The notes beneath the pieces are model-generated. The model was not told the DNA's origin. It saw nothing but the letters and a program-made list of their open reading frames with translations, and did no database searches. From a virus (Duplodnaviria; Caudoviricetes), in the IMG/VR virus record IMGVR_UViG_3300021400_000126, positions 1 to 64,000 of that record: a DNA stretch of 64,000 bases. The stretch is one strand, 5' to 3'. Positions 52,939-64,000 of the stretch are shown here, piece by piece. The position numbers and the translations under genes were made by a program. Every line of letters starts with the position of its first letter. Within the stretch, counting starts at the first letter, position 1.

Positions 52939-53078
52939 CTTTAATTCCCTCCTTTTTTCTTCTTATATAAATTATAGAATATTTTTTTTAACTTTTCAAC
53001 TTTTCTATTGATTTTTTATGAAATTTATTATATAATAATTATATAAAGAATAAAGGATAAATAAAGGGGGTATTTTTT

Positions 53079-53718
53079 ATGAAAACATTTACCGCAGTTG
53101 AACAAGCAACTAATTTAGCTATTCAATTATTTGAAGCAAATTATATCACTATAAATTATGCTTCCGTAAAAGATTGTGTTTTCTCTTGGTATAATAATAC
53201 TGATATTACAGACCCCGAAATTCTCGCGGCGTGTGCTCTTGAAGGAAAAAACTGGTTCCCAGGAGCAACTTATCAACAGATGTTAGACGCCAAAGAGCAG
53301 TGGTTTCCGCAAAATCCTTATGAAGAATTTTCTATTTGGGAAATCGAAGCCGCTCAATATGATATGATATGGAGATAATAATATGAAAATTTTGTATCAA
53401 TCCAATGATGGTTTAATATTTGATTCAGAGTCCCTTTGTTTAAATCATGAAAATTCTTTAATTCATTCAGCTTTATTTTCTATTGTTTTTTACAATAAAA
53501 CTAATACCCCCTATAAAATAGAAAAGAAGGATATTTATAATGATGAAGTATATCAGCAGTGTGAAAAAGTAATAATTCATAACAATAAAGAATTAGATGA
53601 TTTTATGTGGCTAGCTGAGGAATGCGGCTGGTGTGAATTTGAAGATATAAATTCAACAGGGACTTGGATAAGAAAAACAAATAGTTTTAATAGAGGGGAA
53701 TGGGAAAAATATGAATAA
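53079..53718 (+). CDS. two hypothetical genes (53079..53378, 53383..53718)
   Basis: Promoter near 53008-53037, RBS, operonic spacing. Confidence 0.65.
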
Positions 53719-56700
53719 TAATATTAACAGACAAACGGCGATTGATTTGGTTAAGAACGTATGCAATGCAGCTATGAGCGAGTGCGAAAGCTGGTATGAC
53801 CCAGAAATCAAAGATGAAGTCTATAAAGATATTCGTGAAGTTGATGCCATTTTAAAATGTAATAAGAGAATTAGGATTGCACTGCAAAATATGCTATCCG
53901 CAGAACCAGAAATTATCAGGTGTAAGAACTGTAAGCACTATAGGTCGTATGCAGGTGTAATTGATGGATATTGTGACATGGCTGAATGGTATGGAAGGTT
54001 TCAAAATCCAAATGATTTTTGTAGTAGGGCGAAAAGGAGAATCGATGAGTGATTTAATCTATAGACATGAAGCTATAAAAGGCATTCGTTCAATGGATGT
54101 GTGTGTAATATATGATGATATGTGTTCAACAGAAGAGGCTGTAGAAAAGGCTATTGTAGCAACGAAAAGAACTGCGATGTTTGGTCTTGAATGTATGAAC
54201 TCCGCAGAACCGAAGAAGAAAGGGAAGTGGCTTGTTCATGGAGATGTACCTAAAACTTGTTCCTGCTGTCATGAGGATTGGGATAAGTATGTTAATGGGG
54301 ACGTATGGTATACAGATGAATTGCCAAAGTATTGTCCTAACTGCGGAAGTTACAATGGAGGTGAAGAGGAATGAAAATCAGAAATTATGAAATAAAAAGA
54401 AAATGCAATGACCCAAGATTCATCGTTTGGAATTCATGGAGGCGAAGAGAAGTGAGTAATAAGGACACCATATACAGACAGGATGCAATCAAATATTTTG
54501 CCGAATTATGGGAATGTATCGAAACTATTAGTGATAGAGAAGAATGGGAAGATGTTTGTGTTACCACTATGAACGAAATAAAATCCGCAGAATCTGAACG
54601 GAAGAAAGGGTATTGGATAAAAAAAGAGCCAACAATTAAAGAATTGCACGGATGTTATTACGAATGTTCTAAATGCCATAAATTTTCTTTACCATTTCAA
54701 AAATTAAATTTCTGCCCAAACTGTGGTGCAGATATGAGAGGTGAGCAGAATGATACAGATTGATATAGAAAAGCCGAATCATTGCTTACATTGCCCCATG
54801 TGTAATGGCGATGACAATTGTGTGTTAATACAAGAGATTGATACTTCATGGGATTGGGAAGAACAGTATGCTAATTGTCCACTGCAAAAGGTTGAACCAG
54901 AACGGAAGAAAGGGAAGTGGATAGACACTGGAAGTGGTCAGGAATGTTCTGAGTGCCACGAAATCCAATATGGGTACGATAGTTTTCGATACTTTTGTGC
55001 ATTTTGCGGAGCGGACATGAGAGAAGGTGAAGAAAAATGAGATTGATTGATGCAGATGAAATAAGAATTAAACCAGAATATATGCATGATATATGTGGCT
55101 CAGTGATGATTAGGGTTGAGGACGTAGCAAGAATCATAAGCGAAATGCCTACTATCAACCCACAACCGCACTGGACTCCCTGCAATGGGAAAAAGCCAAA
55201 TCTTTCACAAGAAGTATTGATGTCGGACGAATTTGATACAGTTCGTGTAGGTAGTTTAGAAAAATACGTTGATGGAGATTATTATTGGGAAGATAGTCAT
55301 GGATATTTTTATGATGTCGATGATTGGGTGGCTTGGATGCCACTCCCAAAACCATATAAGGAGGAAGAAGAATGAAATATATAGTTGACCTGCCAGATGC
55401 ATACACCTCAGAATCTGCATTATTTGGTGATATTCTTAGTATTCCAATCTGTCTTGAAGGTGGTAAACGCTATGGGATTCCAACTGGAATTAAATTAGAA
55501 CCATACACCGAGCCTGACAGAGAAGCTATAGAAGATGAGGTATGGGAGTTTGCGAGAAAAGTCGAATATATGGACATCAGAGAAAGAGAAGAAGCATTTA
55601 ATATCCATTACCCATTCAACCAGATGTCTTACAAAGAAGCTAAGTCCAAATACGAAGTATGGAAGAGAACCAAAGAGATTCGTGTGGGCGATGAGGTTGA
55701 GTATGATAAGAGAGGAAGAATAATGTGTAATCACGAATTGAAAAGGCTTTTTTATACAAGTGATGATGATTATGATATTCAATCCTGTAGAGTTGAATTA
55801 GAGAATGAAAAGGATAAATACACTTTATGTTACTGTGAAAAATGTGGCCAAGTTTTTGTAATGGAAATTACTGAAAAAAAGAATGAATCACTAGCGAAAC
55901 CTATATTTGTCAAGTGCAAGGAGTAGAAACATCGCCATTATGAGAAAGGATGAACAGGATGAAACTTGAAATTCCAATAAAAGTAGATTTTGATGATATT
56001 CAAGACATGGTTGACGAAATTAAAAGATTATAGACATACAAGCTGTTCGAAGGCGATGATATGGTGCTTGTTGATCTCAATGCTGTGGTTGCTATTATAG
56101 TAAATCATATCAAGACAACATATAATTCTTCGGAATCTCCGAATGATTGGATATCATATACACTTGAAATAATGCCAGAAGAAGGTGAAAAAGACTATTA
56201 AGATGAATAAATTAATTCACACATTTAAAAATCCTAGTTTTGAAATAACTTTTACTTTTCGTAAAACCTATATAAACAAAGAACTTATATGCGATATGTT
56301 AGGAATTACAGGATATAAAAGAACTGAAATATTATTCCCTAAAAAGAAAAAAAGAGGAAGTAAAAGAAGAAGGAGAAAAACAAAATGAATAATAAAGATA
56401 CTATATACAGACAGAATGCAATAGATGCAGTAGTAGAGTTATGTAAGCATTATACGCCTACAAAAAGCGTCAAGCATCCACACATTGATTTTGTCATAGA
56501 AGAACTAAATAATGTACCATCTGTACCGCTAGAACGCAAGAAAGGAAAGTGGATATATTACAACCATAACGGTTTTAAGTGTTCAAGATGTGGTAGTTAT
56601 CTAGAGATTGAATGCGGTGATGTAAAAATGAACTTCTGTCCTAACTGTGGAAGTTACAATGGGAATGAAGAGGAATGAAAATAAGAAATTATGAAATAAA

Positions 56701-57732
56701 AAGAAAATGCAGTGATCCGAGATTCCTTGTTGTTATAACTTGTCAAGGACAGTCATTTTACTATTGCTATCAAGGTCTTGCAGGTGCGGTTGTTGGTTAC
56801 TGCAAACAGTATCTTACAAAAAAGAAGTACGGAACAATGAATTTTAAACTGCGTGAGGTGCTGGTTACCGATGATTTTGAGGAGGACTAAATGACAGACA
56901 TTAGATTTTACATACCTGAAGATGAAACAATACCAACAGATTTGTGTTTGTATGTAGGAGATGTGTATGTCACATACAAAAGAATCCAAGGTGGATTCAG
57001 ATTTCACATTTCTCTTGATGATGAAGAAAAAGCTATGGAAGTAGCGAAAGAAATTATTCAGCAGATGAAGTTAGATCACGATGAACCGCAACACGGAGTA
57101 TCATGGAGAACAGTTTCAATAGAGGTTGTTCCACAAGAAGAAAGATATAAATTTGGCACGATAATTGATTGGAAGTACAGAGTGAGAGACTCTTATTGAA
57201 GGAGGACTAAATGGCAAAATATATAATTGATATACCAGACGATAGAATTGGGGATTTTGTAGGAAGTACACATTTACTAATGCCTTATACAATGGCAGAA
57301 CATAAAGGGCATCACGATACAGGCTTAAATCTGACTCCCTATACCGAGCCAGACCGCAAGGCTATTGAGGATGAGGTTTGGGAATTTGCACGAAAAATGA
57401 TATCAACAAGTGAAAACGAAATGTCAGAAATGTGGAGATATACGACAAATTTTGGTGAGGTAATACATAACACAACTTACTCCGAAGCAAAAGCCAAATA
57501 CGAAAAATGGCGAAAACAGAAAGATGAGATTCGTGTGGGGGATGAAGTTATATATAATTCACGCATGAGAGCTGTTGTATTGAAACCAGAAACTGGAGAA
57601 AGTTACGGCACAATTCTTACAAGTGAATTTTCTACAATTATTGTTTCTCATGATGAATTAGAGAAAACAGGGAAGCATTTTCCAGAGGTTGTAAAACTAC
57701 TAAAGAAGATAAGAGAAGATAAAGAGAAATAA
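53711..57732 (+). CDS. mosaic run of small temperate-phage-type genes (Zn-ribbon KKG.W...CPNCG proteins, DUF551-like 55037..55375, IRVGDEV-family 55372 and 57211)
   Basis: Overlapping start/stop codons, repeated KKGKW..C..C..FCPNCG motifs, VAWMPLPKPY. Confidence 0.7.
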
Positions 57733-57997
57733 TAGTTAAAGGTATAGAGATGCCAAAATGAAAATAATTATTTATCCAAATCGTGTTGAAGGAAATATTG
57801 ACAATTTAACTGAAGAAGAAAAAATTGCTCTAGAATATTTATTGGATATGATGGCCGCAATTAAACAACAAATTCTTTTAAGAAAGGCTTTGTTCAAAAA
57901 GGAGAATAAAAATATTTTTTAATTAAAGCTGCTAACCGCAGCTTTATTTTTTTAAAAAATTTTGATATAATATTTATAGAATAAAGAAAGGGAAAAG

Positions 57998-58921
57998 GTG
58001 ATAGGTATGGAAAAATTCTTTGTAGCGGATTCTTATAAGGATATGGAAGTAGTTGGAGAGCCTTTTGAGAACGCAAAAGGTAAAAAGGTGGTAAAAGTTA
58101 GAGGTAAATGTGATAAGTGCGGCGGCCTGGGAATCATCGTTTCAAGAATTGAAAATGGCAGACCTATTCCAATTCCTGTTGATAATGGGATTTGCTATAA
58201 GTGCGGTGGAACTAAGTTTATAACCAAGACTGTACGAGCTTATACTGAAAAAGAATATAATGCTATGCAGAGAGTCAAACAGCGTTTAAGAGAAGGGGCT
58301 GAGGCGGCTGCCGCAGCTAGAAAACAGAAATTACTCGACAATGCTGCAGAATATAAGCATCAGGTTGCTTTAAAATTAGGTTTTGGTGAGGATGAAAAGG
58401 CTTATCTTGTATATGGAGATGATACCTACGCCATTAAAGATGAACTTAAAAAGATGGGAGCAAGATTTGACCCAACTTTAAAATGGTTTTTCTCTTCAAA
58501 AGTAGAGTTACCTGAAGGTTATAACCTTTGTGAATTTAGTTTTGATGAGTTATATGATTATAAACCCATGATTAAATGGGCAGACTTCAAAGAAGATGCC
58601 CCCAATATTGTGCGGAAACGCATAGATAAATTAAAAGGTCCGTCCACTTCTATCTTTTATCCTGCTAATGAAAAAGATAGAATCCGCAACATCACCGCAA
58701 AAGTAAAGAGCATCCGCGGTTTTGAAGGATACTATGGATATACGAATATCTATACATTCACTTCTGAGGATTATGTTTTTGTGTGGATGACCTCAAAATA
58801 TCTTGAAATTGAAGCAGGAGATACTATTGACTTAACAGGAACTATTAAAAAATTTGATGAATATGCAGGCATTAATCAGACTTATTTAACTCGTTGTATT
58901 GTTAAAAAAATTGAACAATAA
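57998..58921 (+). CDS. zinc-finger plus C-terminal OB-fold-like protein
   Basis: CDKCGG..CYKCGG; GARFDPTLKW; FVWMTS...LTGTIK...QTYLTRC. Confidence 0.7.
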   Translation: MIGMEKFFVADSYKDMEVVGEPFENAKGKKVVKVRGKCDKCGGLGIIVSRIENGRPIPIPVDNGICYKCGGTKFITKTVRAYTEKEYNAMQRVKQRLREGAEAAAAARKQKLLDNAAEYKHQVALKLGFGEDEKAYLVYGDDTYAIKDELKKMGARFDPTLKWFFSSKVELPEGYNLCEFSFDELYDYKPMIKWADFKEDAPNIVRKRIDKLKGPSTSIFYPANEKDRIRNITAKVKSIRGFEGYYGYTNIYTFTSEDYVFVWMTSKYLEIEAGDTIDLTGTIKKFDEYAGINQTYLTRCIVKKIEQ

Positions 58922-59015
58922 TCTCTCATAAATCAATAGGAGAAATCTCCTATTGATTTTTTTATAAAAATATGATATAATTATATATATAAAGAAAAAA
59001 GAGAGGTTTTTTCTT

Positions 59016-59732
59016 ATGATTTTTAATAATGAGTTAGTTGACAATATTTTAAATGCGGTATTTCCTTTACCAGAAAAATTTGGTATAGTATTATATGCTA
59101 ATAAATATGAAGAAGATGAATTACTTCAAGATATAGAATATAATATTAAACAAATTGACCCTATGGCATCTATTGAATATGGAATGTCAAAAATGGTAAT
59201 TATGTCTCCAAGGTTGAAAAATGTTGTTATTAAAATTCCTTTTAATGGATGTTTTGAGGAGGAACTGGATTTATATACCGCAAAGCGTAAAAAAGTATGG
59301 GAACCTTTCTCTTGGGCTCCCTGCTCCAATACTTCTGACTATTGTTTAGCAGAATTTGAAAAATTCGATAGACTAAAAACATATGATTTAGATTGTTTTG
59401 TAGCAAAAACGATTTATTATAAAAATATTTTTGATACAAACGTTTTTATTCAAGAGCAAGTCATTCCTGTGAATTATTCTGAAAAGATTTATAAACCATC
59501 AAAAAAATCTCGTGACATTGCTGAAAAATGGCATGAAGAAGAAAAAGTTTATATGGATACTGATTGGATAGCAAATTGCATTGATAAATATGGACAATCA
59601 AAAGTAGAAAGATTTTTAAATTATTGTGAAAATATAGACCCTGATATATTAGAAGACACGCATGGTGGGAACTATGGATACAGGAATGATGGAACTCCCG
59701 CGCTTCTTGATTTTTCTAATTTTTTAGATTAA
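59016..59732 (+). CDS. protein-kinase-like fold protein
   Basis: GMSK.V, VVIKIP, DTHGGNYG catalytic-loop-like, LLDFS. Confidence 0.7.
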   Translation: MIFNNELVDNILNAVFPLPEKFGIVLYANKYEEDELLQDIEYNIKQIDPMASIEYGMSKMVIMSPRLKNVVIKIPFNGCFEEELDLYTAKRKKVWEPFSWAPCSNTSDYCLAEFEKFDRLKTYDLDCFVAKTIYYKNIFDTNVFIQEQVIPVNYSEKIYKPSKKSRDIAEKWHEEEKVYMDTDWIANCIDKYGQSKVERFLNYCENIDPDILEDTHGGNYGYRNDGTPALLDFSNFLD

Positions 59733-59742
59733 GGAGGTAAAA

Positions 59743-60952
59743 ATGAGTCGTTCACCTTTCTTTTTTGTTGAAAGATTTGATAAAAACACTAAAAAATATG
59801 AAATTCAACATCCTATTATATGGAATTATAATCATACCAAGCAAGAAATGGCGGATTTGTTTCCTTACAATGGACACCATGACCTTTTCTCTATTGTAGA
59901 AAAAAGAGATGATTTTCCGCACATGTGGGGAATTCATCAGGATTTACCAAAAGATGTTGCATTAGAAATAAAGAAAGCCTATGATGATTGTAGTTATGAA
60001 AGTGAATACGCAAATGAAAAACATCTTTATACGCCCACCGCTCGTTGGTTTACTTATGCGGATATGTATATTTATTACTTAGAACATCCAGAAGTTCTTG
60101 ACCATGACTCATTTGATGAAAAAGTTATGATACCAAATCCTATTAAAAGTCTTATAAATCGAGTTAATGCTTTTCTTGAGGTTATGGATGAATGGGGCTG
60201 GAGAGAGGATTATAGTTTAATTAGAATTGTCTATTGGATTTGTTAAGGAGGTTTTTATGGATCGTTGTATTTATCAGAAATCTTACCCCAATATTTCCTT
60301 TGGTCCAAGAGAAGTATGGTGTGAATTAGGTATTAATAAAAAATGTGAAAATTGTGTTTACTATTGTTCAAAAGAGGATTATGAAGATAATCAAGTAGAT
60401 TATGAATACGAAAGATATAAGGACTCTCTTGATTATTAAAAAAAATTATGATATAATATATATATAAGATAAAGGAAGGGTGATTTTATGAGTAAGGAAC
60501 TTTGGTATTGGGAGTATATTTTAAAAATTTGGAATAGTGTTGATGACCAGGAAGAGTTTAGGTCAGGAGTAGTTGCGGCAACCAGTTTTTCAGAAGCAGC
60601 AGATTTAATTGAGCAGTATTATGGCGATGAAATTATGGATATTGAAACATTAAAACCTATTGTTGATACTGTTTTTGATTTTGATGAAGTTAGAGAAGAT
60701 GACTCTTTTGATTTTCATATTAATGAAAAGGGGTATTAAATAATGAATAGTTATTATTTTTATATGGCGGAAGCTGAAGGTTTATTACCTACTCGCACTG
60801 GTAAATTAAATGCCGTTATTGCAGATGTTAAAAAATATCCTGAACCAAGTATTGATATTTATCACTTTGAACAAATTCTAAATAAACATGGATTAACTTA
60901 TAATCAACTTACTAGAAAAGAATTAAACTATATTGAAAATGGTATTCGTTAA
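59743..60952 (+). CDS. hypothetical genes (59743..60246, about 60257..60439, 60488..60739, 60743..60952)
   Basis: RBS-preceded, tightly packed ORFs. Confidence 0.65.
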
Positions 60953-61031
60953 TTTGAAAAAATAAAAAATTTTTGATATAATAAGTATATAAAGAATAAG
61001 AAAGAGCATTTTTTAAAGGAGATATGATTTT

Positions 61032-61421
61032 ATGGAAAATACAGTAAAAAAGACAAAGGCTATGTATTTTGCAGAGTTAAAAGATATGGTAATGGAAGCA
61101 GAGGAAATTACAGATGAGCTTAAGGATGAATTAGTTGATTTCCTTGATAAGCAGGTCGAGGCTATTGAAAAAAGAAAAGCGGCAGCTGCCGCAAGAGCAG
61201 AAAAGAAGAAAGCAGAATCTGACGCTCTTACAGATGCAATTTTTGCCGTTATGACTGAAGAGCTTATGACAGCAGATGAAATTATGGACGCCCTTGAGGA
61301 TGAAACCGCCACAAAGAATAAGGTTACTGCAAGATTAACTAAGTTAATTAACGCAGAAAAGGTTGTAAAAGAGACTATTAAAGTAGATGGTAAAAGGAGA
61401 ATGGCTTATAAGTTAGCCTAA
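61032..61421 (+). CDS. winged-helix protein distantly related to the MTKREMFAEIR family
   Basis: TKAMYFAEL...LVDFLDKQVE.I..R...MTADEI...KVTARLTKLI...V.K. Confidence 0.7.
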   Translation: MENTVKKTKAMYFAELKDMVMEAEEITDELKDELVDFLDKQVEAIEKRKAAAAARAEKKKAESDALTDAIFAVMTEELMTADEIMDALEDETATKNKVTARLTKLINAEKVVKETIKVDGKRRMAYKLA

Positions 61422-61474
61422 TACTACTAAACGAAAGGGTGGGAATTGTCCCACCCTTCAAGCTAGGAGAAAAT

Positions 61475-62266
61475 ATGTTTTGTTTAAATTATTATCCTTT
61501 TTAGAAATATATTTAGGATGCTGAATAGTTAAAGATTAAATATCGTGCGGCAGACCGCACTTTAGAAGATTTTTTAAAAAAGTATCAAGATAAAAGTATT
61601 GTTATTAAAATTTAGGAACCTTTTGAAGATACTGACGCGGTTTTGTTAAAAGGTTTATTTGATAAATATCAAAATCTTAAACTTATTATAGATTTTGATT
61701 ATAAATAGGGTTTATCTTTAATTCAATAGTATCAGATTCCATTTTTCTTCTCTAATCCTGTTGGTTCTATTGATATATTATATGGTTTTTTAAAATATCA
61801 GCCTACAGATATGTATATTTGTGAAGAATTAGGATTTTTTCTTGATAAAGTTAGTAAAATATTGCATAAAAATAATATAAAAGTACGAGTTTATCCAAAT
61901 ATATGCCAATCTAGCTTTTCTGATACCCCTAGTTTAAAAACATTTTTTATTAGACCAGATGATATTCCTGTTTATAAGGTTTTTGTTGATGTTTTTGAAC
62001 TTATATCAGATCCAGAACGTCAATAGGTCTTATATAAAATATATAAAAACGAAAAGTGGTTTGGAAAAATTAATGAAATTATTCCTTCTTTTAAAGATGA
62101 ACTAGATAACAAATATTTATTCAATACTTCTTTTGGTGTAATTAGGAGTAGTTGCGGGAAAAGATGTTTATATAAACCTGGAACCTGTGATATATGTAAT
62201 CGTTTTATTGATGTTGCAAAAACACTTGAAAATAAACATATAGTTGTTTTAAAACGTAAGAAATAA
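61475..62266 (+). CDS. conserved hypothetical protein, 263 aa with seven in-frame TAG
   Basis: AGGAG RBS, ATG 61475 to TAA 62266; RVYPNICQ, FFIRPDDI, CGKRC...CDIC. Confidence 0.72.
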
Positions 62267-62328
62267 ATTTGATTTTTTTATTATTTTTTGATATAATATA
62301 AATATAAAAAATAAAGAGGTATAAATGG

Positions 62329-62937
62329 ATGGCGGCAAAAGGTAGTATTTTAAAGAAAGAAATTGCTAATAAAATTCTTGAGATATTTCCTAATAGCTTT
62401 TTATATAATAATGATAAAGAGATTAGAATTAACGGGAATGAGAATGGAGAAGAGTTGCAGATAAAAGTAACTTTTACAACTGCAAAAACAAAGGTTGAAA
62501 ATGAAAATATTTTATTTTCAGACAATAATAGTTCAACCCCCATGAAACCAACAGAAAACGTGGTTGAAAAACATCCTCAGGAGCCAACTCAAGAAGAGAA
62601 AGAAAGATTAACTTTTTTATTAGATAAGTTAGGATTATAAATGAATAAAAAGCCTCATTTATATAAATTAACCACTTGGGAATCTTATAAAAAATGGTTT
62701 ATTAATGATGTTACAAATCTAAGCGGAGTTTCTTCAAAGTGGTATGTGCCGATGCGAATTTTGGATATTTCTATTGAAGATTATATTTACTTATTAAAAA
62801 AATTTAATGCAAAAGGAATATCTTATTATGCTCCAACAGATTTTTTAAGTTTTTATTTTTCAAAAGAAAAAGATGCAAAGAAATTTTGTTCATATGTTAA
62901 TAATATAGCTAGAGCAAAACAGTATTATTGTATATAA
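62329..62937 (+). CDS. two hypothetical genes (62329..62640, 62641..62937)
   Basis: Promoter near 62269-62297, adjacent ORFs. Confidence 0.7.
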
Positions 62938-62949
62938 TAGGAGTTTGAA

Positions 62950-63837
62950 ATGATTCAGAATAGTGCAGATGTTTTAGATTTTGAAATAGAAAATGATGAT
63001 AATAATAATGATATTATTCCAAACTCAATAAAAATATATCTAAGAGAAATAGGTAAATATCCACTATTAACGCGGGAAGAGGAGAATAAAATCGCTACCG
63101 CCGCATTAAGTGGTGATTCAGAGGCAAAAGAAAAATTAATTAATCATAATTTAAGATTGGTTGTTTCTATTGCCAAAAGGTATATGGGAAGAGGTTTAAA
63201 TTTATTAGATTTAATTCAAGAAGGTAATGTGGGGCTTATTAAAGCTGTAGAGAGATTTGATGTATCAAAGGGTTTTAAATTTTCCACATACGCAACCTAT
63301 TGGATTAAACAATCTATTTCTTATGCTATTGCAGACCAAACTAGAAATATTCGTATTCCTCCACATATTATAAAATTAATTAATAGCATACAAAGGGTTG
63401 AACAAAATCTTTTACAAGAGAAAAAAAGAAAGCCAACACAAGAAGAAGTAGCAAAAATACTAAATATAGATATTAAAAAAATTAAAAATGCATATTCTTG
63501 GATTAAAGATACTACTTCTTTAGATATAGTAATTGGAAATGATGAAGATGCTACTATTGGTTCTTTAATTGAAGATAAATCAACTGAATCTGATTTTCTT
63601 TCAATAGAAAAAAAAGAAACTTCTGAGGTAATAGAAAATGTCCTTAATACTCTTAGTGAAAGAGAAAAAACCGTCATTATAAAAAGGTTTGGATTAGGGG
63701 GACATAAGGCAGAAACCTTAGATGAAATAGGAAAAACTTTAGGTTTGAGTAAAGAAAGAATTCGTCAGATAGAAAACTCTGCTTTAAGAAAACTTAGGAA
63801 TCCGCGGCGAGCACGAATTCTAAAAGAAATTTTTTGA
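62950..63837 (+). CDS. phage-encoded RpoD-like sigma-70 factor (no region 1.1)
   Basis: [50 protein letters not shown]...SKERIRQIE. Confidence 0.92.
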   Translation: MIQNSADVLDFEIENDDNNNDIIPNSIKIYLREIGKYPLLTREEENKIATAALSGDSEAKEKLINHNLRLVVSIAKRYMGRGLNLLDLIQEGNVGLIKAVERFDVSKGFKFSTYATYWIKQSISYAIADQTRNIRIPPHIIKLINSIQRVEQNLLQEKKRKPTQEEVAKILNIDIKKIKNAYSWIKDTTSLDIVIGNDEDATIGSLIEDKSTESDFLSIEKKETSEVIENVLNTLSEREKTVIIKRFGLGGHKAETLDEIGKTLGLSKERIRQIENSALRKLRNPRRARILKEIF

Positions 63838-64000
63838 TTTTTTTAAAAATTTTTGTTATAATATATAAGTAAGATAAATAATATTTATTTATTTTATAAA
63901 TTTACGGTCACATAAGACCTAAAAATGGACGTTAGCATGGATTAGAGTTAAACTACCACTGGCATAACCAAATATTCAGGACTTTGATTGTTTCTAAACA

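Noticed and set aside
539-62266. Standard phage code 15 (TAG=Gln)
   Set aside because: It would put Gln into several motifs where Glu is expected (PCFEGA, REY, IEFQG, KEIAE, FEFPR). Disfavoured rather than excluded; an alignment tally is needed.
264-63677. Short antisense or alternate-frame track ORFs (e.g. 264..488, 6812..7000, 21301..21726, 48353..48784, 63321..63677)
   Set aside because: They are shadows of well-supported genes on the other strand or frame.
1-64000. Suppressor tRNA(CUA), release factor or aminoacyl-tRNA synthetase
   Set aside because: No cloverleaf or such gene was recognised by eye. It may lie outside the window; tRNAscan-SE or ARAGORN is needed.
63850-64000. Possible ncRNA after the sigma gene
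   Set aside because: A promoter-like element and a small hairpin are present, but the window ends before anything can be identified.

Overview
A 64-kb segment of a large, AT-rich tailed phage, most likely infecting a Bacillota (Clostridia-like) anaerobe. Layout: (1) 1-14.6 kb, + strand replication and nucleotide module (macrodomain, RecJ, helicase, DnaE split by a group I intron with a GIY-YIG endonuclease, guanylate kinase, NrdD/NrdG, dUTPase); (2) 14.6-30.6 kb, - strand packaging/head/neck/major-tail module; (3) 30.7-34.8 kb small accessory genes; (4) 34.9-49.9 kb early-type region of one-gene cassettes with consensus sigma-A promoters; (5) 49.9-53 kb origin-like non-coding tract plus an HTH gene; (6) 53-64 kb mosaic small genes, a kinase-like gene and a sigma-70 factor. 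Two signals stand out. First, the fragmented ORF track is explained by in-frame TAG codons. Where the motif context is informative, these nearly all fall where glutamate is expected (PCF*GA, SFNR*Y, FR*YPD, LI*FQGIQHY, AK*IAELFGYS*NSI), pointing to TAG=Glu rather than the TAG=Gln usual in recoded phages, while TAG still acts as a stop in the early cassettes. Second, the early region carries four separate arrays of palindromes resembling operators of host regulators (Rex, DtxR/MntR family, PucR/CdaR family, TrpR-family HisR/YerC), suggesting a DNA decoy or sensor system for host transcription factors. Homolog motifs and operator consensuses are recalled, not searched. No suppressor tRNA was recognised in this window.
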